A stretch of DNA of 64,000 nucleotides from Planctomycetota bacterium (lineage in GTDB: Bacteria; Planctomycetota; B15-G4): positions 96,001 through 160,000 of the forward strand of contig JBBQUR010000005.1 of NCBI GenBank assembly GCA_038212275.1, read 5' to 3'. Positions 16,760-26,468 of this stretch are shown piece after piece. Under the pieces are notes generated by a model, which was not told the origin of the DNA, did no database searches, and was given only the letters and a program-made list of their open reading frames with translations. A program made the position numbers and the translations under genes. Numbering within the stretch: the stretch's first letter is position 1; every line of letters starts with the position of its first letter.

Positions 16760-18721
16760 ATGCGCTCACCCGTCGCTGCGTCGATCCTCAGCCGTTCGCT
16801 GCTTGCCCTCTCGCTGTCGTGGGCGTCGCTCGCCTGCACGAATCCGGCGGCCGCCAAGCTGGCCAAGCCCGTAAGTGCGCCGCCCGCAGCCCCGGCGCAG
16901 GCCGCCGCGCCCGCCAAGTCCGCCGCGCCTGCTGCGCCTGCTGCGGCCGCCGCGACGGATGCGACGGATGCGACGGCGGCCAGCGGGCCGCGCGTCGTCG
17001 AGCTGACCATTGGCGACAACAACTCCGAAGATCCTGCGGCGGTCAATCCGCTTGGGCCGGCGCAGCGCAACTTCCGCGGCAAGCTTCTGCTGCTGCGGCA
17101 GATCGCGGCCGATCCGACCGTGGCCGCCGTGCGCCTCGAGCTGAAGGGCTCGCCGGACTATGCGCATTCGCTCGACCTGCTCGACGAGCTGCGCGCCGTG
17201 AAGGCCTCCGGCAAGAAGATCCTCTGCTACGCCGAGACGCTGAGCCAGCGCGACCTCGTCTTCGCGACGCTCGCCGACACGCTCATGGTGCCGCCCGCCG
17301 GCTCCATCGCGCTGGAAGGCATGGCCGCCGAGGTCATGTACATGAAGGACGTGCTCGACAAGCTGCACCTCCGTGTGGAGGTGCTGCACGTCGGCAACTA
17401 CAAGAGCGCCTACGAAGACCTCGCGCGCAACACGATGAGCGACGAGCAGCGCGAGGTGATCGGCGTGCTGCTCGACGAGTTCTGGAACCAGGTGCTCGAC
17501 AGCATCGCGGAGAACCGCAGCATGCCGCGCGCGCGGCTCGAGCCGCTGCTCGAGGCGGTCATCGTGGAGCCCGACCAGGCGCTGGCCGCCGGGCTGATCG
17601 ACGCGATCGGCTACGAGACGGATTTCGACGCGCTGGTGGAGAGCAAGCTCGGCGGCAAGGCCGTCCTGGTCGAGCACTACGGCGACGAGCAGGGCGAGGA
17701 TCTCGAGAAGATGCTCTCCAGCCCCTTCGCGGCCTTCTCGCTGCTGCCCGCGCTGCTCAACCCGCCGAAGGTCGAGGCGCCCAAGGTGCCGCACATCGCC
17801 ATCGTCTACGCCACAGGCCCGATCAGCAGCGGCAAGAGCACGGCCGACTTCCAGGGCCGCGTCTCCGGCATGGGCAGCGACACGATCGTCGAGGCGCTGG
17901 AGACGGCCGAGGCCGACGACAACTGCAAGGCCGTGGTGCTGCGCGTGAACAGCCCCGGCGGCAGCGCGCTGGCCAGCGACCAGATCTGGGGCGCGATCCA
18001 GCGCGTCAAGGCGAAGAAGCCGGTCGTCGCCTCGATGGGCTACGTCGCGGCGTCCGGCGGCTACTGGATCTCCATGGGCTGCACCGCCATCGTTGCGCAG
18101 CCGAGCACGATCACCGGCTCGATGGGCGTGGTGTCCATGCTCCCGGACCCGTCGCTGCTGCTGAAGGAGGTCGGCGTCAACGTCGAGGTCGTGGCGCGCG
18201 GTCCGCACGGCGACCAGCTCTCGCTCCTGCGCAACGGCCCGACGCCGCTGCTCAAGGACGTCATCATGCGCTCGATGCAGCACGTGTACGCCGACTTCAT
18301 CCGCAAGGCGTCCGAGGGACGGCACCTGCCGCCCGCACGCATCGAGGAACTGGCGCAGGGCCGCGTGTGGACGGGTCGCCAGGCGGAGGAGCTGGGCCTG
18401 GTGGATTCGCTCGGAGGCCTGCAGGAGTCCATCGCCCTGGCGTGCACGCTCGGAGGAGGCCTGAGCCCGGCGAACACGCCGGTCGCGGAGTATCCGCAGG
18501 CGCCCAACTTCCTGGACCAGATCAAGGAGTCCTTCGAGTCGATGGCCACGGTCCGCGGCGGCGCGGCGGCCGGCCTGCGTGCGAGTGTCGCGGAGGCCCT
18601 CGCGGCGGTGCCGGCGCTCGGCTCGCTGGTGGCGGTGACCGACGCGCTGCTCGATGCGAGCCAGCCGTTCTCGCCCGACCGCGTCCAGTGCCTGCTCCCG
18701 TTCACGGTCACGATCCGCTGA
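16760..18721 (+). CDS. sppA: Signal peptide peptidase SppA (long form, S49)
   Basis: GNYKSA (catalytic Lys), LRVNSPGGS, AASGGYWIS (catalytic Ser), TITGSMGV, AQGRVWTG; GGAGG RBS. Confidence 0.93.
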   Translation: MRSPVAASILSRSLLALSLSWASLACTNPAAAKLAKPVSAPPAAPAQAAAPAKSAAPAAPAAAAATDATDATAASGPRVVELTIGDNNSEDPAAVNPLGPAQRNFRGKLLLLRQIAADPTVAAVRLELKGSPDYAHSLDLLDELRAVKASGKKILCYAETLSQRDLVFATLADTLMVPPAGSIALEGMAAEVMYMKDVLDKLHLRVEVLHVGNYKSAYEDLARNTMSDEQREVIGVLLDEFWNQVLDSIAENRSMPRARLEPLLEAVIVEPDQALAAGLIDAIGYETDFDALVESKLGGKAVLVEHYGDEQGEDLEKMLSSPFAAFSLLPALLNPPKVEAPKVPHIAIVYATGPISSGKSTADFQGRVSGMGSDTIVEALETAEADDNCKAVVLRVNSPGGSALASDQIWGAIQRVKAKKPVVASMGYVAASGGYWISMGCTAIVAQPSTITGSMGVVSMLPDPSLLLKEVGVNVEVVARGPHGDQLSLLRNGPTPLLKDVIMRSMQHVYADFIRKASEGRHLPPARIEELAQGRVWTGRQAEELGLVDSLGGLQESIALACTLGGGLSPANTPVAEYPQAPNFLDQIKESFESMATVRGGAAAGLRASVAEALAAVPALGSLVAVTDALLDASQPFSPDRVQCLLPFTVTIR

Positions 18722-18738
18722 GCGGGCGCCGGTTTCGC

Positions 18739-18837
18739 CGCTGACCGCACGCTGACCGCACGCTGACCGGGCGCTGACCGGGCGCTGACGGAGCGCTGAC
18801 GGAGCGCTGGCCGGGCGCTGGCCGGGCGCTGAACGTC
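18739..18837. repeat. 11-bp tandem array CGCTG(N6), with four variants arranged in pairs (AABBCCDD+E)
   Basis: cgctgaccgca x2, cgctgaccggg x2, cgctgacggag x2, cgctggccggg x2, then cgctgaacgtc. Confidence 0.9.
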
Positions 18838-18895
18838 GGTCGCTCCTGCCGGCTCGGCGCTTCGCCCCGGCGGCGGCGGGTGCTTCAATCGGTGC

Positions 18896-19675
18896 GTGGA
18901 GCCGTCCGAGTACCAGCGCATCTTCGAGCACGAAGACAGCCACTTCTGGTATCGAGGCCTGCATGCGCTCGTGCTCGGAACGCTGCGGCACGAGGGACGC
19001 TTGACCGGCGCCGGAGCCGGAGCCGGAGCCGGAGCACCGGGGAACACCGCCGCGCGACTGCAGATCCTGGATGCCGGCTGCGGCACCGGCGGCCTCACGG
19101 CGCGGCTGGGAACGCTCGGCCGCGTGACCGGCATGGACTTCAGTCCTGCGGCCCTGTCGTTTGCCGAGCGGCGGGGCCTGCCGCGGCTGCTGCGCGGAAG
19201 CGTGTCGGCGCTGCCGTTCCTCGAGGCGAGCTTCGACGCCGTTGTCAGCTGCGACGTGCTGTACCACCGCGCGGTGCCTGATGATGCCGTCGCGCTGGCG
19301 GAACTGGCGCGCGTCTGCCGGCCCGGCGGGGTGGTGCTGCTCAACCTGCCGGCGCACGCCTGGATGGCCGGCAGCCACGATCGCCAGGTGCACACGGCGC
19401 GCCGCTACACGCGAGCCGATTTGCGGAGGCTCGCCGGGCGCGCCGGCCTGCAGGTGCGGCGCCTCGCCTGGTTCAACTGCGCGCTGTTTCCGGCGGCGGC
19501 GGTCGTGCGGCTGGCGTCCCGGGGCGGGCACGGGAAGCAATCCGACGTGCGCCCCTTGCCGGCGTTGCTCAACGAAGCGCTGTCGGCGTGGATGCGCTGC
19601 GAGGCGCGTCTCGCCGGCCGGGGCCTGCTGCCGTGGGGCTTGTCGGTCTTCGCCGTGCTTCGCAAGCCGGCGTGA
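18896..19675 (+). CDS. Class I SAM-dependent methyltransferase
   Basis: EDSHFWYRG, ILDAGCGTG, DVLYH, HD...HTARRY. Confidence 0.9.
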   Translation: MEPSEYQRIFEHEDSHFWYRGLHALVLGTLRHEGRLTGAGAGAGAGAPGNTAARLQILDAGCGTGGLTARLGTLGRVTGMDFSPAALSFAERRGLPRLLRGSVSALPFLEASFDAVVSCDVLYHRAVPDDAVALAELARVCRPGGVVLLNLPAHAWMAGSHDRQVHTARRYTRADLRRLAGRAGLQVRRLAWFNCALFPAAAVVRLASRGGHGKQSDVRPLPALLNEALSAWMRCEARLAGRGLLPWGLSVFAVLRKPA

Positions 19676-19756
19676 CGGGACACGACGACCGCCTTTGAAG
19701 CGATGCCATCGCGCCGCTAGACTCGACTTCGCCCCCCTCTGGAACAGTGTCGAAAC

Positions 19757-20533
19757 ATGCCGGACCTGCGCCATGCACCGGGAATTTCGGCATTCTTCCC
19801 GGCCTACGGAGACTGGGGCACCATCGCCAGCCTCGTGGTGCTGGTGTCCTCGGTGCTCGCGGAGCTGACCGACGACTGGGAAGTCATCGTGGTCAACGAC
19901 TGCAGTCCCGATCACGTGGGACTCATCCTGTCGGAGTTGCAGCAGCGCTACCCGCGACTGCGCGTCGTGACGCACGAGAAGAACCGCGGCTACGGCGGCG
20001 CGCTGCGCAGCGGCTTTCAGGCGGCGACCAAGGAGTGGGTCTTCTACACCGACGGCGACGCGCAGTACGACGTGCGCGAGCTGAAAGCCCTCTGGGCCGC
20101 CCGCCAGGGCGCGGACATGGTGAACGGCTACAAGATCGAGCGGCACGACCCGCTGCACCGGATCGTCATCGGCCGTCTCTACCATCGCTTCGTGAAGCTG
20201 TGCTTCGGGCTGAAGATCCGCGACGTGGACTGCGACTTCCGCCTGCTGCGCCGCGCGATCTTCGACAAGGTGGAGCTCACGCGCGACAGCGGCCTCATCT
20301 GCGTGGAGCTGGTGACCAAGGTCGAGAAGAACGGCTTCACTGTCGTGCCGGTGCCCGTGCACCATTACCATCGCATCCATGGCCGATCGCAGTTCTTCAA
20401 CGTCCCGCGTCTCTACCAGGTGGCGCGCGGCATGGGCGTGCTGTGGTGGGATCTCATCGTGAAGAAGCGCGTGACGCGTGCCGACGATCACAGCGGGACG
20501 GCAGCCGGGAAGCCGGGAGCCTCCGCACCGTGA
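19757..20533 (+). CDS. GT2 glycosyltransferase (Dpm1/polyprenyl-phosphate type)
   Basis: VVNDCSPD, HEKNRGYGGAL, YTDGDAQY, DVDCDFRL. Confidence 0.9.
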   Translation: MPDLRHAPGISAFFPAYGDWGTIASLVVLVSSVLAELTDDWEVIVVNDCSPDHVGLILSELQQRYPRLRVVTHEKNRGYGGALRSGFQAATKEWVFYTDGDAQYDVRELKALWAARQGADMVNGYKIERHDPLHRIVIGRLYHRFVKLCFGLKIRDVDCDFRLLRRAIFDKVELTRDSGLICVELVTKVEKNGFTVVPVPVHHYHRIHGRSQFFNVPRLYQVARGMGVLWWDLIVKKRVTRADDHSGTAAGKPGASAP

Positions 20534-21663
20534 CAGCGCCCGCATCTCCCGCGCCGCCCGAGCCGCCCGCGCTTGCCGCCGTGTTCGGCGGCCGCACGGT
20601 GCTGGTCACCGGCGGGCTCGGCTTCATCGGGAGCAACCTCGCGCGGCGCCTCGTCGCCCTCGGCGCGCGCGTCACGCTCATGGACAGCATGATTCCCGCC
20701 TACGGCGGCAACCTGTTCAACGTGCACGACATCGCGGACCGCGTCCGCATCAACATCGCCGACGTGCGCGACCGTTCGTCCATGGACCATCTCATCCAGG
20801 GCCAGGACTTCCTGTTCAACCTCGCGGGACAGGTGAGCCACATCGATTCGATGCTCGATCCCTTCACGGACCTCGACATCAATTGCCGCAGCCAGCTCTC
20901 CATCCTCGAGTCGTGCCGGCTCAACAACCGCGACGTGAAGATCGTCTTCGCCGCCTCGCGCCAGGAATACGGCCGTCCCGAGTACCTGCCGGTGGACGAA
21001 CATCATCCCGTGCAGCCGGTGGACGTGAACGGCATCAACAAGGTGGCGGGCGAGTGGTATCACCTCGTCTACAACAACGTGCACGGCATCGCGGCCACGT
21101 CGCTCCGGCTCACCAACACCTACGGGCCGGGCCAGCTGCTGCGACACAATCGCCAGGGCTTCATCGGCTGGTTCATCCGCACCGTGGTGGAGGGCGGCGA
21201 GATCCAGCTCTACGGCGACGGCAGCCAGCTCCGCGACCTCAATCACGTGGACGACGTGGTGGAGGCCTTCCTGCTCGCGGCCGCAGCGCTCGAGCGCCGC
21301 GAGTCGGGCGCGACGACGGGCGCGACGACGGGCGCGACGACGGGCGCTGACGCGCCCGGCGGCTCGGCGGGCTCTGCGGCTGCGGGCGGTGCGTCGCCGG
21401 CGGGGCACTTCTTCAACCTCGCGGCCGAACCGCCGGTCAGTCTGTTCGAGTTGTCGGAACTGCTCATCGAGCTGGCCGGCAAGGGCAGCCTGCGCCGCGT
21501 GCCGTGGCCGCCGGCCAAGAAGGCCATCGACATCGGCAACTACTACGGCAGCCACGCGCGCATCACTGCCGAGCTGGGCTGGGTGCCGCGCGTGTCGTTG
21601 CGCGACGGCCTGCAGCGCACCATCCGTTACTACGAACAGCACCTGCGGCACTACATCGGATGA
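20530..21663 (+). CDS. NAD-dependent epimerase/dehydratase (extended SDR)
   Basis: TGGLGFIGS, FNLAG, LRLTNTYGP, GDGSQLRD; GTGA overlap with the GT2 gene. Confidence 0.9.
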   Translation: MTAPASPAPPEPPALAAVFGGRTVLVTGGLGFIGSNLARRLVALGARVTLMDSMIPAYGGNLFNVHDIADRVRINIADVRDRSSMDHLIQGQDFLFNLAGQVSHIDSMLDPFTDLDINCRSQLSILESCRLNNRDVKIVFAASRQEYGRPEYLPVDEHHPVQPVDVNGINKVAGEWYHLVYNNVHGIAATSLRLTNTYGPGQLLRHNRQGFIGWFIRTVVEGGEIQLYGDGSQLRDLNHVDDVVEAFLLAAAALERRESGATTGATTGATTGADAPGGSAGSAAAGGASPAGHFFNLAAEPPVSLFELSELLIELAGKGSLRRVPWPPAKKAIDIGNYYGSHARITAELGWVPRVSLRDGLQRTIRYYEQHLRHYIG

Positions 21664-22835
21664 GCCGGCCCTTCCACGATCTGCTGGCCGGATACCGAGC
21701 GCAGGAACAGGAGCTGCTCGCCGCCGTGAAGCGCGTGCTCGAGAGCGGGCACTACATTCTCGGCCAGGAGGGCGTGGCCTTCGAGGCGGAGTTCGCGCGC
21801 TACCTCGGCGTCGAGCACGTCATCGGCGTGGCCAATGCCACCGAGGCGCTGCAGCTCGCGCTGCTGGCGCTGGACGTGAAGCCCGGCGACGAGGTCGTCA
21901 TCCCGGCACTCACCGCCGCGCCCACCGCGATGGCCGTGCTGGCCGTCGGCGCGGTGCCGGTGCTCGCGGACATCGACCCGGCCACGTTCACGATGGACCC
22001 CGCCTCGCTGGCCGCGTGCCTCTCCGGCCGCACGCGCGTGGTCGTTCCGGTGCACCTCTACGGCCAGTGCGCCGACATGGATGCGCTCGTCGGCGTCCTG
22101 GAAGAGTCGGCGGCCGCCGGCGTCGCGTACCGGGCGCCCGCGGAGCGCTCGCCGGTCGGCTGGCGGTCGAGCGCGACGCCCGCTGTCGCGCGTGTGCCCA
22201 TTCTCGAGGATGCCGCGCAGGCCCACGGATCGATGGACCGCGGCCGCATGGCCGGCAGCATGGGTGCGGTGGGGGCGTTCAGCTTCTACCCGACCAAGAA
22301 TCTCGGCACTTTCGGCGACGGCGGCGCGCTCTCCACGCGCGATGCGGCACTGGCCGCGCGGCTGCGGCGCCTGCGCAGCTACGGCCAGGTGGAGGCCTAC
22401 GACTTCGCGGAGCCGGGCCTCAACGCGCGACTCGATGAGCTGCATGCGGCCATTCTGCGCGTGCGGCTCGGCGTGCTCGATCGCGGCAACGAGCTGCGTC
22501 GCCGGCACGCGCAGCGCTACCACGACGAGGTGCGCAGCACGAGCCTCATGCTGCCCGTCGAGCGCACGTCGGGCCACCACGTGTGGCACCAGTTCGTGGT
22601 GCGCTGCGAGCAGCGTGACGCGCTGCGCAACCACCTCGCCTCGCGCGGCATCGAGACGCTCATCCACTACTCCCGCGCCCTGCACCGCATGACCGCCCTG
22701 TCCGGCCGCGCGCGCTGGCCCGCCGTCCCGGAACACGCCGAGCGCGCCGCGGCGCAGATCCTCTCGCTGCCGATCTACCCGGAACTTCCCGCCGCGCACC
22801 AGGCCGAGGTCATCAAGGCGCTCAACGAGTTCTGA
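21660..22835 (+). CDS. DegT/DnrJ/EryC1/StrS sugar aminotransferase
   Basis: PVHLYGQ, EDAAQAHG, SFYPTKNLG (PLP Lys), NARLDELHAA, LSLPIYP. Confidence 0.93.
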   Translation: MSRPFHDLLAGYRAQEQELLAAVKRVLESGHYILGQEGVAFEAEFARYLGVEHVIGVANATEALQLALLALDVKPGDEVVIPALTAAPTAMAVLAVGAVPVLADIDPATFTMDPASLAACLSGRTRVVVPVHLYGQCADMDALVGVLEESAAAGVAYRAPAERSPVGWRSSATPAVARVPILEDAAQAHGSMDRGRMAGSMGAVGAFSFYPTKNLGTFGDGGALSTRDAALAARLRRLRSYGQVEAYDFAEPGLNARLDELHAAILRVRLGVLDRGNELRRRHAQRYHDEVRSTSLMLPVERTSGHHVWHQFVVRCEQRDALRNHLASRGIETLIHYSRALHRMTALSGRARWPAVPEHAERAAAQILSLPIYPELPAAHQAEVIKALNEF

Positions 22836-22850
22836 GACCGCGCCGCGCGC

Positions 22851-24119
22851 TCACTCGTGGCGCAGCGCCTGGATCGGCTCCATCTGCGCGGCTTTGCGGG
22901 CCGGGTAGAGGCCGAAGACGATGCCGGTGAGGCATGAGACGCCCAGCGAGAGGCCGACGGCGCCGGGCGTGATGACCGCGTCCCATTCCGTGAGCCGGCG
23001 CAGCAGCGCGACGCCGGCCGCGCCGAGCGCGATGCCGATGAGCCCGCCGATGCTCGAGAGCGTCACCGTCTCCACGAGGAATTGCGCGGTGATGTCAGCA
23101 CCCGTGGCGCCCAGCGCGCGGCGGATGCCGATCTCCCGCGTCCGCTCCGTGATGCTGGCGAGCATGATGTTCAGGATACCGATGCCGCCCACGAGGAGCG
23201 AGACGCCGGCCACGATGGGAAGCACGATGTCGAAGACGCGCTGGGTCTTGCGCCGCGACTCGAGCAGCTCCAGCGGCACCGTCACCTCGTAGTCCTTCCG
23301 TGCATGGAGGTTGTCGAGGATGGCCTGGACGCCGCGCGCCGCGTCCAGCACGTGCTGCTCGTCGTCCACCACGCAGAGCAGCTGGTGCAGCTCCACGCGG
23401 CTGCTCTCGTAGCTGCCGCTGCTCTGCGTGGACGACTCGACGCCCACGCGGCTCAGCACGGTCTCGAACGGGACGTAGACCTCCAGCGCGCGATCGTCGA
23501 TGCCGAGCGCCAGCTTGTTGGGGCTCTGGAACTCGCCGTCCTGGAGCACGCCGACGACGCGGTAGTACTCCTTTCCGAGCTTGAGGTCGAGCTTCAGCGG
23601 GTCGCCCACGTAGCGGGCGTCGCGCAGCAGCTGGCTGCGCACGACGCACACGCGCTGGCGCGTCGCGCCGTCCTGCTCGGTGAGCGCGCGCCCGAGCCAC
23701 GGCTTGAGGTTCAGCCGCGTGAAATACTCGGGTTGCACGCCGCGCACCTTGGCCTGGAGTCGGCGGCTCTTGAACCAGATCCACTCCTCCACGTCGTGCA
23801 CCTGAAGCACCTCGGTGATCATCGGCAGGGTGGCCGTGATCTGCCGCGCGTCGTGGAAGGTGAGGCCGTACTCGAGCGTGTAAGTCGTGTTGTCCTGCTG
23901 CACGTTCTGCTCGGCGGGCGGCTTGCGCGCATTGATGATGATGTTGCGGATGCCCAGTTCGCTGATCTGGTCGAGGATCGCACGGCGCGCGCCCTCGCCG
24001 GTGGAGATCATCGACATCACCGACGCGACACCGAAGATGATGCCGAGCGCGGTGAGGAAGCTGCGCAGCTTGTGACGCCCCAGGTTGCGCAGCGCCTCGC
24101 GGATCAGTTCGAGCAGCAT
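22851..24119 (-). CDS. MacB-type ABC transporter permease
   Basis: LRSFLTALGIIFGVASV; SLLVGGIGILNIMLASITERTREIGIRRALGA. Confidence 0.93.
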   Translation of the reverse strand: MLLELIREALRNLGRHKLRSFLTALGIIFGVASVMSMISTGEGARRAILDQISELGIRNIIINARKPPAEQNVQQDNTTYTLEYGLTFHDARQITATLPMITEVLQVHDVEEWIWFKSRRLQAKVRGVQPEYFTRLNLKPWLGRALTEQDGATRQRVCVVRSQLLRDARYVGDPLKLDLKLGKEYYRVVGVLQDGEFQSPNKLALGIDDRALEVYVPFETVLSRVGVESSTQSSGSYESSRVELHQLLCVVDDEQHVLDAARGVQAILDNLHARKDYEVTVPLELLESRRKTQRVFDIVLPIVAGVSLLVGGIGILNIMLASITERTREIGIRRALGATGADITAQFLVETVTLSSIGGLIGIALGAAGVALLRRLTEWDAVITPGAVGLSLGVSCLTGIVFGLYPARKAAQMEPIQALRHE

Positions 24120-24874
24120 CAGCGCGCCGCCCGGCCCGTGTCGGACTCGATGCGGCCGTCGCGCATGGCCACGCGCCGCGGCGCTTGCGCGGCGATGCCG
24201 GGGTCGTGCGTGATGAGCAGCAGCGTGCTGCCGGCGCGGTGCAGCACGTGGAAGAGCTCGAGGATCTCGCGCGAGGTCGTGCTGTCCAGGTTGCCCGTGG
24301 GCTCGTCGGCCAGGATCAGCGCGGGCTTGCCGGTGAGCGCGCGCGCGATCGCGCAGCGCTGCTTCTCGCCGCCCGAGAGCTGGTTCGGAACGTGGTGCAG
24401 GCGATGGGCGAGGCCCACCTCCTTCAGCCGGGCGAGCGCGGTCTCGCGGCGTTCATCGCGCGGCCGCCGAGCGTAGAACAGCGGCAGCTCCACGTTTTCC
24501 AGCACCGAGAGGTGCGACACGAGCTGGAAGGACTGGAAGACGAAGCCGATGCGCGTGTTGCGGATCGACGAACGGTCCGCGTCGCCGAGTTGCGCGACAT
24601 CGCGGCCCTCGATGAGGTAGTTGCCTCGCGTGGGCGAGTCCAGGCAGCCCAGGATGTTCATGAGGGTGGACTTGCCCGAGCCCGACGGCCCGATGACGGC
24701 CACGTATTCGCCCGGCTGCACCGAGAGGTCGATGCCATGCAGCACGCGCAGCGCGCCGTCGCCGGTGCCGAAGATCTTCTCCACGCCGCGAAGCTCCAGA
24801 ATGGGCTGCGCGCGCAGCGGCTCCACGTCGGGTGGCGTCGCGTGCGGCGTAGCGGCGATGCGCGGACCGGCCAT
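24119..24874 (-). CDS. ABC transporter ATP-binding protein (MacB/LolD type)
   Basis: GPSGSGKST, IGFVFQSF, LSGGEKQR, ADEPTGNLD. Confidence 0.93.
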   Translation of the reverse strand: MAGPRIAATPHATPPDVEPLRAQPILELRGVEKIFGTGDGALRVLHGIDLSVQPGEYVAVIGPSGSGKSTLMNILGCLDSPTRGNYLIEGRDVAQLGDADRSSIRNTRIGFVFQSFQLVSHLSVLENVELPLFYARRPRDERRETALARLKEVGLAHRLHHVPNQLSGGEKQRCAIARALTGKPALILADEPTGNLDSTTSREILELFHVLHRAGSTLLLITHDPGIAAQAPRRVAMRDGRIESDTGRAAR

Positions 24875-24875
24875 G

Positions 24876-26468
24876 TCAGCCCGGCGCTCCGGTGGCGCCC
24901 GCGTCGGCGCCCGCATCGGTGCCCGCATCGGCGGGGGTGAGCGATTCGGGCGCCTCGGCCGGCGCCGGCGCTTCGGTGCCGTCGGCCGCATCAGGCTTCG
25001 TCGCAGCGCCGCCTGCGGGCAGCCTGGGATTGTAGAGCAGCACCTGCTGCCCTGGTTCCAGCCCGTCGGAGATGGCGATGAGCGTGTCGTTGCTCTGGCC
25101 GACCTTGACCGCGATGCGCTGTGGCTGCCCGTCGGGAGCCAGCACCCAGCAGTAGTGACTGCCGTCCTCCTCGAACACGCACTGCAGCGGGACGGCCAGC
25201 ACCTGCGGCAGGTGGTCGATGAAGATCTCCACCTTGGCCGAGATGCCGGGCTTGAGTTGCAGCTCCTCGCCGGTCTTGAGCGTGACCTTCACGTCGAACT
25301 TCTTGACCTCGGAATCCCGGCCGCGTTCGGATTCGTTGCTGGCAATCTGCGCCACCTGCGTGACATCGCCGTCGATCACGAGCCCCGGGTAGGTGTCCAT
25401 CGTGATCTTTGCGGTCTGCCCTTCCTTCAGCTTGTTGATGTCCGCCTCGTGCACCTGCAGCTTGACCTGCATGACGCGCAGGTCGGGCAGCGTGAACAAC
25501 ACCATCTCGCCCCAGACCTCGCCACCGAGCCGGATGTTGTTGCGGTACCACGACTGGTTCGGGTCGCCGTAGAGCACGATGCCGGGGTGCGGCGCCTTCA
25601 CGGTCATCTTGTCCAGCTCCTCGAGCTGCTTGGTGAGGCGCTTGTTCCGCATCGTGAGGCTCTTGTCGGCCAGCTCGACGGCCACCTCCTTCTGGCGCAG
25701 GTTGGTGGCGGCGCGCTTGTCGGCGTTGTCCTTGTCGCGCAGGCAGTCCTTCACGGCGACGTCCTTCTGCGCGCTGGTCATCGGCAGCGTGTATTTCTCG
25801 AACATCGTCAGGTCGAGCTTCGCGCCCTCCAGCTGCACCTCCGTGCGCTCGTAGTCGATCCCGTCCTGTTCGAGCTGCGACTTGTTGATGTAGGCCTTGT
25901 CGTAGAGCATCTGGCTGTCCGCGAACTTCTTCTTCGCGCGGCTGAACGCGGTCTCCGCTTCCTTGATGGCGACCTCCAGCTTGCGCCGGTCGCTCGGCGC
26001 GTCGCCGTCCCTGTAGCGCTCCAGCTCCTGCCGGGCGCGGTCCAGCGCGATGGCGGCCTTCTCCATCGTCGCGGTGTTCTCGCTCAGCTGGATTTCCAGC
26101 TCGCTCTTCGCGGTGTTGAGGTTGGCCTCGCCCTGCACGATGTCGGACCGGAGCTCCTCGATGTCCGTCTCGAGATCCTTCGTGTCCAGTCGGGCCAGCA
26201 CCTCGCCCTGCTGCACCTGCTTGCCTTCCTCGATGATGAACGTGATCTTGGCGCTGCTGTCGGTGCCGGCCGAGATCTTCTTGCTCTCCTTGGCGACGAG
26301 CGTGCCGTTCTCGATGAGGGTCACGTTCATGTCGGCGCGCTGCACGGTGTGCAGCATCCCCGGCGCGACGCTGGTCGCGCCGGCATCGGGCGCCGACCAG
26401 TGTCTCACGCCGACGACGGTGCCGATTCCGGCGATGGCCAGGCCGGCAAGGATCACGGGCAGTCTCAT
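24876..26468 (-). CDS. Periplasmic adaptor (MacA/HlyD family) with a long coiled coil
   Basis: N-terminal TM; EEGKQVQQGEVLARLD; VKAPHPGIV; VHEADI; LKPGISA; GLEPGQQV. Confidence 0.88.
   Translation of the reverse strand: MRLPVILAGLAIAGIGTVVGVRHWSAPDAGATSVAPGMLHTVQRADMNVTLIENGTLVAKESKKISAGTDSSAKITFIIEEGKQVQQGEVLARLDTKDLETDIEELRSDIVQGEANLNTAKSELEIQLSENTATMEKAAIALDRARQELERYRDGDAPSDRRKLEVAIKEAETAFSRAKKKFADSQMLYDKAYINKSQLEQDGIDYERTEVQLEGAKLDLTMFEKYTLPMTSAQKDVAVKDCLRDKDNADKRAATNLRQKEVAVELADKSLTMRNKRLTKQLEELDKMTVKAPHPGIVLYGDPNQSWYRNNIRLGGEVWGEMVLFTLPDLRVMQVKLQVHEADINKLKEGQTAKITMDTYPGLVIDGDVTQVAQIASNESERGRDSEVKKFDVKVTLKTGEELQLKPGISAKVEIFIDHLPQVLAVPLQCVFEEDGSHYCWVLAPDGQPQRIAVKVGQSNDTLIAISDGLEPGQQVLLYNPRLPAGGAATKPDAADGTEAPAPAEAPESLTPADAGTDAGADAGATGAPG

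Noticed and set aside
18739..18837. Short arrays (also 5234-5290 and 15420-15480) as CRISPR or iterons
   Set aside because: Units are 11-13 bp and contiguous, with no unique spacers; no cas or rep genes are present.
16766..20545. Very long antisense or alternative-frame ORFs (also 28856-32170 +, 52068-55367 -, 55792-58431 +, 5208-7334 -)
   Set aside because: Shadows of genuine genes in high-GC DNA; Arg/Ala-rich with no motifs.
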